63,439 nucleotides of DNA from the sequence record DRR378314_1256, one strand, 5' to 3'. The position numbers were made by a program, and so were the translations under genes. The number at the start of each line of letters is the position of its first letter. Position 1 is the first letter of the stretch. Shown piece after piece: positions 47,006 to 56,516 of this stretch. The notes beneath the pieces were generated by a model. The model did not search any database. It was not told where the DNA came from and saw only the letters and a list, made by a program, of their open reading frames with translations.

Positions 47006-47731
47006 TTACCGCCACCTTCTCAGTTCTGTCCTTGCCTCTTTAAGAGTGTGCACGCCCTCTAAGCTATTCAGGACATGAGTCTTGGAAAAAATCCAAGGGA
47101 CACTTGCACAAACTTGATCGAGACGTTCGGCGTTTTGCCTCCACGAAGCAGAATCAGGAAAAAACTGAAAGACCCTAACCCTCCCAGTTTTCACGACTAA
47201 CGCGTCGGAAAACAACTGAAGGTGACCCTCAGTAGCTCCAAAAGCGATAAGCAAATCGGTGGAGGTTGCGGTGATGAAATATAAGCCAGGGAGATAGGAG
47301 GATATATCCCGCCCGACCCAACTTTCCAAATCCATGCTACCAGGTTTTAGCGAGATTCTATTTCTATGGAGATACTCTTCATACTCACAATAGATTCCAA
47401 ATTCACAACCAAACTCGATGCTAGCACCTAAAAACTCTCTTATATTGTCGATATCGGGCTCTTCTTCGAATGTACCAGAGCAAATAATTACATCACTTTT
47501 TTTAAAGAAATTGAATATATGTCCATCGACAGTTCTTAGAAATAGATCATCACCATACTTTTCTGTAAAAGCATCGAAGCTGCTTTTGTCAGACAAGATA
47601 TTTTTTTCTGGAAACTCTGTTTCATCACAGGAGAATAGAGCCCCTGAAAAGATAGACAATTCCGTTGAAAAATACTCAACGAACTTTTTTGATCCAATTT
47701 CACCCGGAATGAAAATCAAACATTCATACAT
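47006..47731 (-). CDS. AT-rich hypothetical protein, candidate toxin immunity protein
   Basis: 241-aa ORF, GGAGG RBS before ATG 47731, much lower GC than flanks, starts 8 nt after the stop of a toxin-like fragment. Confidence 0.6.
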   Translation of the reverse strand: MYECLIFIPGEIGSKKFVEYFSTELSIFSGALFSCDETEFPEKNILSDKSSFDAFTEKYGDDLFLRTVDGHIFNFFKKSDVIICSGTFEEEPDIDNIREFLGASIEFGCEFGIYCEYEEYLHRNRISLKPGSMDLESWVGRDISSYLPGLYFITATSTDLLIAFGATEGHLQLFSDALVVKTGRVRVFQFFPDSASWRQNAERLDQVCASVPWIFSKTHVLNSLEGVHTLKEARTELRRWR

Positions 47732-47738
47732 TAACAAC

Positions 47739-47912
47739 TTACCTCCGAGCACGCCGATTTTTACGAGGAGGCCGTGGCCCCAGAAAATCCAAGCTTATCA
47801 AACTGTCAAACAATGCTTCTGCCTGTTTACTAACATGAGTATGCTTACCTGTAACCAAGATTGCTTCCAAGCCAAGTCTCCGCGCAACCTCGATTTCTCC
47901 CTTCAACTGTTT
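47739..47912 (-). pseudogene. Fragment resembling the C-terminal tail of a Tox-REase-7-like polymorphic toxin
   Basis: My translation: KQLKGEIEVARRLGLEAILVTGKHTHVSKQAEALFDSLISLDFLGPRPPRKNRRARR*; no ATG, upstream catalytic part absent. Confidence 0.45.
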
Positions 47913-48211
47913 AAAGACCCAACTACCGGTAGTTACGGGCGTCGTCGGGAGATAGAAATTCCTTTAGTAAAGTGTATAAAGTATTACGCAGAAATTAGTG
48001 CTTAGCCTCAAAGACGGGCTTGATCTCTGCGCGAGATCTTTCCCTCCCTCTTCATTTCGCAGCACATACTTTCTCAATACCTATTGGGTTAGGCCCATGT
48101 CGGGACCATCTGATTTCATCCGTTAATTGGCAATACATGGTGCATGAGTATGCATTATGCGACCTTCGCTGGAAATGTATTCGGATAATGGAAGACGTTA
48201 ACTATATCCGG

Positions 48212-48254
48212 AAAAAAGCCCGGTCAGCATGGGGGGGTATTAGCCTGACCGGGT
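48212..48254 (-). terminator. Rho-independent terminator of malEFG
   Basis: CCCGGTCAG...CTGACCGGG stem followed by TTTTTT on the minus strand. Confidence 0.85.
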
Positions 48255-48350
48255 CGCGAAGTGCATAAAAGGAAGACGCAGTACTCGCGGAAGGGCCGCC
48301 CGGGATCCTCCGTGGCGGCGTAGGAGAACGTTCAATTCAATCCAGCGTCA

Positions 48351-49241
48351 TCAACCCTTGACGCCGCCAGCTGTGAGCCCGCCAACGATCCATTTCTGGC
48401 AGTACAGGAAGATCAGCGTGATGGGCAGGCCCGAGAGCACCGCTGCGGCGGCAAAGTCGCCCCACAGGTAGTTCTGCTCGTACAGGTACTGCTGGGCGCC
48501 GACCGCCAGGGTCAGTTTGTCGGTGTCCACCAGCAGCACGGATGCCATCGGGTATTCCATGATGGTCATGATGAACGCCAGGATGAACACCACCACCAGG
48601 ATCGGTACCGACAACGGCAGCAGGATGTAGCGGAACGCCTGCCAGGTGGTCGCGCCATCCACGATGGCGGCTTCTTCCAGGGAGCGATCAATGGAATCGA
48701 AATAGCCTTTGATGGTCCAGATATGAAGGGCCATGCCGCCAAGGGAAGCCACAATCACTGCGCCATGGGTGTTCAGCCCCAGCCAGCTCACATGGTTGCC
48801 AATCTGGTCAAACAAAGCATACAGCGCCACCAGCGAGAGCACCGGCGGGAACATCTGGAAAATCAGCATCGACTTGAGCACAAAGCCTTTGCCTGCAAAA
48901 CGCATGCGGGCGAAGGCGTAGGCACTGGTGGTCGAGAGGGCCAGAATCATCACCGAGGAGATCACTGCGATCTTGATGGAGTTCCAGAGCCACAACAGTA
49001 CCGGGAATGGCGGCTGGGTGACCGTGCCGTCCTCCCCGGTATAGGGAATGCCCAGCGCCAGGTACCAGTGCTCCAGCGAGGGGTTCTCCGGCAGCAAGCT
49101 GCCGGCTGCAAAGTTCCCGCTGCGGAAGGAGATGGAGATCACCATCAGCAGCGGGAACAGGATGATCACGATGAAGCCCAACATCCCGAGATGGGAAGCA
49201 AGAACGCGATACTTGGTGGAGCGGGGTTCAACCATCGCCAT
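48351..49241 (-). CDS. malG: Maltose ABC transporter permease
   Basis: MAMVEPRS start, [33 protein letters not shown] end. Confidence 0.96.
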   Translation of the reverse strand: MAMVEPRSTKYRVLASHLGMLGFIVIILFPLLMVISISFRSGNFAAGSLLPENPSLEHWYLALGIPYTGEDGTVTQPPFPVLLWLWNSIKIAVISSVMILALSTTSAYAFARMRFAGKGFVLKSMLIFQMFPPVLSLVALYALFDQIGNHVSWLGLNTHGAVIVASLGGMALHIWTIKGYFDSIDRSLEEAAIVDGATTWQAFRYILLPLSVPILVVVFILAFIMTIMEYPMASVLLVDTDKLTLAVGAQQYLYEQNYLWGDFAAAAVLSGLPITLIFLYCQKWIVGGLTAGGVKG

Positions 49242-49251
49242 GGGTAGCTCC

Positions 49252-50793
49252 TTATACTTTTATTTTGGACAGTTTCAGGTTGATCAGCGACAGCGCACCA
49301 ACCACCAAGAAGATGGCTGTGGCAATCGCAGCCGCCAGGCCAAAGTTCTGTCCGGAATCCTGGAACGCGATGCGGTAGGTGTAGCTCACCAACAGGTCCG
49401 TGGTACCCGCAGGTGTGCTTGCGCCAATAATATCGGGCGCGCCACCGGTCAATAGCGCAATCAGGACGAAGTTATTGAAGTTGAACGCAAAACTTGCGAT
49501 CAACAGCGGCATCAACGGTTTGATGATCAGCGGCAGGGTCACGTTGAACAGATTGTTCACCGGACCCGCCCCGTCCATGGCGGAGGCCTCGTAGAGATCC
49601 CGCGGGATGGCCTGCAGCAGGCCCATGCACAGCAGCATCATGTAGGGGTAGCCCAGCCAGGTATTCACGATGAGTATCATGGTTCGCGCCAGGGCCGGGT
49701 CGCTGAACCAGTCTGGCCGCATGCCGAACAGGCCTTCCAGTACCAGGTTAATTTCACCGAAGTTCTGGTTGAACAGGCCCTTGAACACCAGGATGGAGAT
49801 AAACGCCGGTACCGCGTACGGCAGAATCAGCATGGTGCGGTAGAAGCCCTTTCCACGAATCTGATCCCACTGCAGCAAGTTCGCCAGCAACAGCCCGAGC
49901 GCCAGAGTGAACACGACCGTTGCGACGGCAAAGGACAGCGTCCACACGAAGATCTCAAAGAACGGTCCACGAATGCTCGGGTCGGACACCACTTTGAGGT
50001 AGTTATCCCAGCCGATGTTCACGGTCCACCCCGGCGACAGCGTCTGGCCATCCGCACTGCGGTAGAAGCCGGCGTCGTGGTCCGGGAAGTAGGTTACGTC
50101 CGTCTGGTTGTTGGTGATGCTGCCATTGTCGTGCAGCGTGAACTGGGCGTTGATGGCAGCGAAAGCGCGCAGGCTGGCCATGCTCAGGGCACGGCCATCC
50201 TCGGTCAGCAAGTCCAGTTCTGACAGCTCCGATCTCAGCTGGATAATGTCCCGAATGGCCAACGGTTCGCCAGCCGGCTTATCTGAAGCGGGTAACACCG
50301 GTGCACTGGTGTCGGAGCCATCCAGGGCCAGCGGCGCGGATACCAGATCCTGATGCTTGCCGTCCAGGTAGATCACATAGCCTGCGTCAGTGTTGTAAAG
50401 CTCGTAGTTGTAGCGCACGGAATCGGACTGGTAGGTCCGGTCCAGCAGGTTGTCCTTGACCTGTTCAAAACTCAGCAGGTTGCTGGCACTGTAGTTGGTA
50501 AAGCCAATACCAACCGTGTACATCAGCGGGAAAATAACAAACACCCCCATACCGGCTACCGCAGGGAAAATGTAGCGGTGGGCGTAGAGTTTCTTGTTCA
50601 CGAACACAAACACCGCCGATGCGGTGAGCACCAGGAACAGCATCGCGAACACGAACGCCTGCTGGGCATACAGGGCCAGTATCAGGTAGAGCGCCATTCC
50701 CACCAGGGCCGCCAGGGCACCCCATTTAAGAATCAGTCGGGTCATTGGAAGTCTGCTTTCGGTTCCGGGGGAGGACAGGGTTTCCGTTATCAT
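49252..50793 (-). CDS. malF: Maltose ABC transporter permease
   Basis: FTNYSASN, large P2 loop, [32 protein letters not shown]. Confidence 0.95.
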   Translation of the reverse strand: MITETLSSPGTESRLPMTRLILKWGALAALVGMALYLILALYAQQAFVFAMLFLVLTASAVFVFVNKKLYAHRYIFPAVAGMGVFVIFPLMYTVGIGFTNYSASNLLSFEQVKDNLLDRTYQSDSVRYNYELYNTDAGYVIYLDGKHQDLVSAPLALDGSDTSAPVLPASDKPAGEPLAIRDIIQLRSELSELDLLTEDGRALSMASLRAFAAINAQFTLHDNGSITNNQTDVTYFPDHDAGFYRSADGQTLSPGWTVNIGWDNYLKVVSDPSIRGPFFEIFVWTLSFAVATVVFTLALGLLLANLLQWDQIRGKGFYRTMLILPYAVPAFISILVFKGLFNQNFGEINLVLEGLFGMRPDWFSDPALARTMILIVNTWLGYPYMMLLCMGLLQAIPRDLYEASAMDGAGPVNNLFNVTLPLIIKPLMPLLIASFAFNFNNFVLIALLTGGAPDIIGASTPAGTTDLLVSYTYRIAFQDSGQNFGLAAAIATAIFLVVGALSLINLKLSKIKV

Positions 50794-50861
50794 TGTAGTC
50801 AGCCCGTTTAAAGCCGTCGCCAGATTCGACAACGGCAGGTTTACAACAACAGGTCAGCACA

Positions 50862-50903
50862 GCCGGAAGTACCGTCCGCCATCTGGCTGACGGTACTTCC
50901 GGC
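50862..50903. repeat. Intercistronic stem-loop between malE and malF
   Basis: GCCGGAAGTACCGTC...GACGGTACTTCCGGC perfect 15-bp inverted repeat. Confidence 0.8.
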
Positions 50904-50910
50904 GCTGGCA

Positions 50911-52110
50911 TTACCGCGTAATGCGCTGTGCCGCCGAGTTCAGGGCATCCTCAACGGATTGTCTTCCAGAGGTGATGTTCTGTAGAGCCGGGCCCATGGA
51001 AGACCAGAACGCGCCCATGGCAGGTACGCTTGGCATGGGTTCACCGAGCTCGGCGTTTTCGAAGGTTGCCGCAATGTTCGGATTCGACGACAGCTCGTCC
51101 ATGAATTCCTTGTTGGCGACCGCGCCCAGGGGAACGTCGTTGTTCACCATCTTCAGGCCTTTGATGGACAGTGCGTAGTTCTCAAGGAACTCCACCGCCA
51201 GGTCCTTGTTGGGGCTCGCCGTATTGAGGGTAGCCGCCATCACGCCGACCATCGGTTTGCTGGGCTGGCCATCGACGGTGGGCAACTTGGCAACGCCAAA
51301 GTTGATACCGCTTTTCTCCAGGTTACCCCAGGCCCAGGGGCCGTTGATCATCATTGCGGTTTCGCCCTTGTTGAAGCTCGACTCCATGGCGCTGTAATCC
51401 GCACCACGAGGCATAACGCCTTCTTCAATCAGGGTGGTCAGCATGTTGGCGCCTTTCATGGCACCTTCGTTGTTCACGCCGGTGTCTTTGACGTCATAGC
51501 TGCCATCTTCGTTCTGGGCAAATATGTAGCCGCCGGCTGCGGCAATCATTGGCCAAGTGAAATAGGTGTTGTTGTAGTCCCACAGGATGGCGCGTTTGCC
51601 GTCTGCCGCCAGCTCCTTGTGGATGGCCGGGATATCTTCGAAGGCCTTCGGCGGCTGGGGCACCAGGTCCTTGTTATAAATCAGACCGATGGACTCCACA
51701 GCCATGGGGTAGCCATACATCTTGCCGTCGACGGTAACGGCATCCCAGGTGAAATCGAAGTTTTCATCGATAACGCGCTGTGACGGCTTGACCTCGGAGA
51801 TGATGCCGCTTTGCGCCCACTCGCCAAAACGGTCGTGGGCCCAGATAAAGATGTCGGGGCCATTGCCCGTGGCGGCAGACTGCTGGAACTTGTCGGTGGC
51901 ACTGTCCGGGTGAGCCACTTCAACGGGGATGCCGGTTTCCTCGGTAAACCAGTCGCCCACTTCCTGCAGGCCGTCATAGCCCTTGTCGCCGTTGATCCAG
52001 ACCAGGAGTTTGCCTTCTTCGATCTCGGCGTGGGCGGGTGCAGACAGCCCAAAGGTTGCTGCGACAATGGAAGCGGCCAGTGTGCTGCGGATAAAAGTTC
52101 GACGATTCAT
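50911..52110 (-). CDS. malE: Maltose/maltodextrin-binding protein
   Basis: [47 protein letters not shown]. Confidence 0.96.
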   Translation of the reverse strand: MNRRTFIRSTLAASIVAATFGLSAPAHAEIEEGKLLVWINGDKGYDGLQEVGDWFTEETGIPVEVAHPDSATDKFQQSAATGNGPDIFIWAHDRFGEWAQSGIISEVKPSQRVIDENFDFTWDAVTVDGKMYGYPMAVESIGLIYNKDLVPQPPKAFEDIPAIHKELAADGKRAILWDYNNTYFTWPMIAAAGGYIFAQNEDGSYDVKDTGVNNEGAMKGANMLTTLIEEGVMPRGADYSAMESSFNKGETAMMINGPWAWGNLEKSGINFGVAKLPTVDGQPSKPMVGVMAATLNTASPNKDLAVEFLENYALSIKGLKMVNNDVPLGAVANKEFMDELSSNPNIAATFENAELGEPMPSVPAMGAFWSSMGPALQNITSGRQSVEDALNSAAQRITR

Positions 52111-52261
52111 CAGGTGTTTCCTCTACTTGTTCTTGCCTTATTCTTGTTGTCCGCCCTGACACGAGGTTGGCCGGGCGGGCTGAACGCAAATCTTTTTATT
52201 GCGAGTAACCGAACTGTGTTGCAATTTGCCGTTGCTGGCATCAGCCCTGATTTCATTCCCT

Positions 52262-52294
52262 GAGGCGTAGAACGGGGGAGTAGTGAGGCGTAGT
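52262..52294 (+). promoter_or_regulatory. MalT-box array between divergent malE and amylase genes
   Basis: GAGGCGTAGA (52262-71), GGGGAGTAGT (52275-84), GAGGCGTAGT (52285-94). Confidence 0.7.
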
Positions 52295-52372
52295 GAATTC
52301 CGTCTACCACCCACTGTTCAGGTCTGGTTTGATTGGATAACCACAACAATAAATGGAACCGGAGCCCATTGC

Positions 52373-54196
52373 ATGAGCCAGACCCCGAAAAACCTCAGGT
52401 TTACCGCCAGCCTTGTGACGTGCCTCTCGCTTGCCGGCTGCGCCGGCGGCCAGCTAGAGACCGCCGCCCCACCCTCAGACAACCGTGCAGAGTTAACCGG
52501 TGGACTGTGCACCGCCACCCGGGAAGAGATGACCGTTACCGTTGGCGACGCCTTCAAAGACGGCGACTGGGTGCGAGATTACTACAGTGGCCAGAAAACG
52601 CAGGTAACAAACGGCCAAGTCACTCTTACTCCAGCTCCGGAAGCCGAAGGCCTGTTGTTGCTGGAGGCGGCCAACGCACCCGAGCAGAGCTTCACCTGGG
52701 CGGGGGCAACCGTCTACTTTACCGTGACAGACCGCTTTGCCAACGGCCGTACCGACAACGACCACAATTATGGCCGCAAACCCGACGGCAAGGATGAAAT
52801 CGGCACCTTTCACGGCGGGGATTTCGTGGGCCTGACGGATAAACTGGATTACCTTGAGGACCTGGGCGTCAATGCCGTCTGGGTTACCCCACCCTTCGAG
52901 CAGATTCACGGCTGGGTTGGCGGTGGCGACCGGGGCGACTTCCAGCACTATGGATACCATGGCTACTACGCCCTCGACTTCACCCGCCCGGACGCCAATT
53001 TCGGCACCCGCGAGGAATTCCGTACTCTGGTGGAAGCGGCCCATGCCCGCGGCATCCGAGTGGTCATGGATGTGGTCATGAATCATCCTGGCTACGCCAC
53101 CCTTCAGGATATGCAAACCTTCAATGTCGGTGGGCTGCGCGAAGGCTTTGAGAAGCACCTGCCCGACCAATGGGGAGACTGGAGGCCGGAATCCTGGGAG
53201 GATTTCCACGCCTACCATGCCCTGATCGACTACGATCACCCGGATTGGGCCAATTGGTGGGGCAAGGACTGGGTTCGCGCCGGCATCGGCGATTACGATA
53301 CTCCACCCAACGCCTCTATTGACCCGGTACGCGGCTCCCTTGCCTTCCTGCCGGACTTCAAGACGGAGTCCACCACAGCGGTGGACCTGCCAGTGTTCCT
53401 TCGCAACAAAGAAAACAGTCGTGCGACACCGCTTGAAGACGCGACTGTCCGGGATTATCTGGTCACCTGGCTGACCGACTGGGTGCGGGAATTCGGCGTT
53501 GACGGCTTCCGTGTCGATACCGCCAAGCATGTGGAACCGGAGGCCTGGAAGCAACTGAAAACTGAAGCCCAGAACGCGTTGGATACCTATCGCGCTGACA
53601 ATCCCGATCAATCACTGCCAGCAGAGGATTTCTGGATGGTCGCGGAGGTATTCCCCCATACCGTGACCCGCAGCAGCTATTTCGATGCGGGGTTCGATGC
53701 CGTCATCAACTTTGACCTGCAGGAAGAAGCCCAGGCCGGCGCGGCTTGCCTGCCCGCCATGGAGCCCATATACAGTGAATATTCCGACAAGATGCACGGC
53801 GACACCCCCTTCAACGTGATGAGTTATATCTCATCCCATGACACCCAGCTGTTCAGCCGCATTGCCGACAACACGCCGGCGATGCAGAAGCGGGTTGCCG
53901 CCGCCTTGCTGTTTACACCCGGCACCAGCCAGATATTCTATGGGGATGAATCGGGGCGCCAGTTTGGACCGACCGGTTCAGACGGTCATCAGGGTACACG
54001 TTCGGACATGAACTGGGCCGACATTGAGAACGGCGCGGCGGAACCGATCCTGTCCCACTGGAGAACGCTGGGCCAGTTCCGGGCACGCCATCCAGCCATA
54101 GGCGCCGGGGAACACGAGCGGCTCAGTGCCGACCCCTACGTTTTTTCAAGAACCCACGGCGACGACCGGGTGGTTATCGCCTTCGGCAAGGAGTAA
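52373..54196 (+). CDS. malS: MalS-like GH13 alpha-amylase lipoprotein
   Basis: Lipobox LAGC; EQIHGWVGGG, YHGYY, DVVMNH, GFRVDTAKHV, AEV, SSHDT. Confidence 0.85.
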   Translation: MSQTPKNLRFTASLVTCLSLAGCAGGQLETAAPPSDNRAELTGGLCTATREEMTVTVGDAFKDGDWVRDYYSGQKTQVTNGQVTLTPAPEAEGLLLLEAANAPEQSFTWAGATVYFTVTDRFANGRTDNDHNYGRKPDGKDEIGTFHGGDFVGLTDKLDYLEDLGVNAVWVTPPFEQIHGWVGGGDRGDFQHYGYHGYYALDFTRPDANFGTREEFRTLVEAAHARGIRVVMDVVMNHPGYATLQDMQTFNVGGLREGFEKHLPDQWGDWRPESWEDFHAYHALIDYDHPDWANWWGKDWVRAGIGDYDTPPNASIDPVRGSLAFLPDFKTESTTAVDLPVFLRNKENSRATPLEDATVRDYLVTWLTDWVREFGVDGFRVDTAKHVEPEAWKQLKTEAQNALDTYRADNPDQSLPAEDFWMVAEVFPHTVTRSSYFDAGFDAVINFDLQEEAQAGAACLPAMEPIYSEYSDKMHGDTPFNVMSYISSHDTQLFSRIADNTPAMQKRVAAALLFTPGTSQIFYGDESGRQFGPTGSDGHQGTRSDMNWADIENGAAEPILSHWRTLGQFRARHPAIGAGEHERLSADPYVFSRTHGDDRVVIAFGKE

Positions 54197-54198
54197 TC

Positions 54199-55086
54199 GT
54201 GCACAACCCCCAAACAGCAGATTTCATACCGGAAACACCCCTGATTCTGGGAATGATGCGGCTCCATGACCATCCCAGCCTCACGCAACCGGCCCGGCTT
54301 GCGGACTGGATTGCCGCCCGGCTGGATGAAGGCCTGAACGTGTTCGATCATGCCGACATCTACGGGGGTGGTGACTGTGAGCGGCTGTTCGGGGACGCCT
54401 TGCGGGCCCGCCCGGCGCTGGCCCAAAACCTCCGCGTGATTACCAAAACCGGCATTGTGCCGGCCGACCGGGACACATCGCAGTGGCGGGTAAAGCACTA
54501 CAGGGCGGAAGCGGATTACGTGGAGAATGCGATCAACAAGGCCCTCGATTCCCTTGCGGTAGAGCGGATTGACACCTTCCTGATTCACCGTCCGGACCCG
54601 TTGATGCAGGCCGATGAGGTTGCCCAAGCACTGGAAGCGGCGGTCTCCGCCGGTAAGATTCACCAGATTGGCGTCTCCAACTTCCTGCCCGAACAATGGC
54701 GATGGCTGGCCCGGAACACCCAACTACCTCTGGTGTGCAATCAAAGCCAACTGTCCCTGGCCCACACCGATCCTTTGTTCGACGGCACGCTCGAAGCTCA
54801 CCTCGCGGACGGACTTCGCTGGCTGGCATGGTCTCCCCTCGGTGGTGGTGGCCTGGCCGACCGCATCCCGGCAGCGCTGATGGATGAGGCTCGTGAAGAA
54901 ACCGGTCTGGATGACACCGGCCTGGCCATCGCCTGGTTGCGGCAAATTCCCGGTAACCCTTTGCCAGTGCTGGGTTCCATGAACCCCGAGCGCATCCAAT
55001 CAGCCCTACAGGGCGCCCGGAGCCCGATGCCAAGGGCGCTCTGGTACCGGCTTCTGGAATCGGTACGCCAAACGGCTGTTGCCTGA
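54199..55086 (+). CDS. Aldo/keto reductase (YdhF-like)
   Basis: FDHADIYG, ITKTG, LIHRPDPL, GVSNF, WSPLGGG. Confidence 0.9.
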   Translation: MHNPQTADFIPETPLILGMMRLHDHPSLTQPARLADWIAARLDEGLNVFDHADIYGGGDCERLFGDALRARPALAQNLRVITKTGIVPADRDTSQWRVKHYRAEADYVENAINKALDSLAVERIDTFLIHRPDPLMQADEVAQALEAAVSAGKIHQIGVSNFLPEQWRWLARNTQLPLVCNQSQLSLAHTDPLFDGTLEAHLADGLRWLAWSPLGGGGLADRIPAALMDEAREETGLDDTGLAIAWLRQIPGNPLPVLGSMNPERIQSALQGARSPMPRALWYRLLESVRQTAVA

Positions 55087-55253
55087 TTCACGCAAGCAGT
55101 GCGAAGACCATCACCTTCTGACAAATCGTTACACGACCTTCCACCTTCGTCCGATTGTTGCTCTTGCAGACACCCGCGACACTGGTCCTGATTCACAAAA
55201 ACAATATCAGGGCCCGCATTAACGGCCCGGCGCGACCAAGGAGGCCTGTGCCA

Positions 55254-56504
55254 ATGCTCTGCAAGAAGCTGCTTCTCTCTTTTTTACTGACTCTGCTCGC
55301 GGCAATGCCCGTTGCCGCTGAAGCCCTGAAAATCGGGCTCAACTACCCACAGACAGGCCGCTACAAGGATCAGGGGTTGCAACAGCGCCTGGGTGCTTTC
55401 CTGGCGGTTGATGAGATCAATAAAGCCGGCGGCATTATGGGGCGTGACGTAGAACTGGTGATACGCAATACCTCCGGGGAACCCGACAAGGGCGCCAAAA
55501 ACACCGCTGAGCTGATCGACAGCGAGGGGGTGCAAATGGTGTTCGGTGGTGTTTCCAGCGCTGTCGCCATTGCCTCCGGCAGAGCAGCACGGGATCGTAA
55601 CCGTATCTACTTCGGCACCCTGACCTACTCCAACGCCACCACCGGTGCCGCAGGCCATAGCCACATGTTTCGTGAGCCCTACAACGCCTGGATGACGGCG
55701 AAGGTGCTGAGCCAATACCTCAACACCCAGCACGCCGGCGACGAATACTTTTACATTACGGCGGACTACACCTGGGGCTGGTCGGTGGAAGAATCCGTGC
55801 GGAAGTTCACCAATACCAGCGACACCACTGCTCACCAGGGTGTAAAAACCCCCTTCCCCCGCGCGCTGATCACGGATTTCCGCCAGGCTCTGGAGCAGGC
55901 CGAACAAAGTGGCGCGAAAGTGTTGATGATGGTGCTGTTCGGCGACGATATGGTGCGTGCACTGAACGTGGCCTACGAAATGGGTCTGACAAAGAAGATG
56001 CAGGTTGTAGTACCCAACCTCACTCTCGGTATGGCCCGCCAGGTGGGGCCCACCATCATGGAAGGCGTCGTGGGCGGTTCGCCCTGGGTATGGAACGTAC
56101 CCTACCAGTACAACTATGCCCGTGGTAAGGCATTCGTAGAAGCCTTTTCCAGCCGCTACGAAATGCGCCCCTCCACGGCAGCGGCCTCCGCCTACAGCAT
56201 CGTCTACCAGTACAAAGACGCTGTGGAGCGCGTGGGTACCACAGACACTCGTCGGATCATCAGGACGCTGGAAGGCCATCGCTACACCTTCCTGAAGGAC
56301 GAACAGTACTGGCGGGATTTTGACCATCAGAACATCCAGACGGTCTATGTCGTGCGGGTAAAGCCCCGCGATCAGATCATGCAGGACGAACACTCAGCCG
56401 ATTACTTCGAGATCATCGATTCCATGCCAGGCGATGAGGCCGCCCAGACCCGTGAGGAATGGGAGGCCAGACGCAAGGAAGCCGGTCAGCCGCTGACGCT
56501 TTGA
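55254..56504 (+). CDS. Periplasmic binding protein, type 1 LivJ-like, with no adjacent permease
   Basis: Signal peptide, GAFLAVDEINKAGGIMGR, GGVSSAVA, DYTWG. Confidence 0.85.
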   Translation: MLCKKLLLSFLLTLLAAMPVAAEALKIGLNYPQTGRYKDQGLQQRLGAFLAVDEINKAGGIMGRDVELVIRNTSGEPDKGAKNTAELIDSEGVQMVFGGVSSAVAIASGRAARDRNRIYFGTLTYSNATTGAAGHSHMFREPYNAWMTAKVLSQYLNTQHAGDEYFYITADYTWGWSVEESVRKFTNTSDTTAHQGVKTPFPRALITDFRQALEQAEQSGAKVLMMVLFGDDMVRALNVAYEMGLTKKMQVVVPNLTLGMARQVGPTIMEGVVGGSPWVWNVPYQYNYARGKAFVEAFSSRYEMRPSTAAASAYSIVYQYKDAVERVGTTDTRRIIRTLEGHRYTFLKDEQYWRDFDHQNIQTVYVVRVKPRDQIMQDEHSADYFEIIDSMPGDEAAQTREEWEARRKEAGQPLTL

Positions 56505-56516
56505 CCAGCGGACGGC

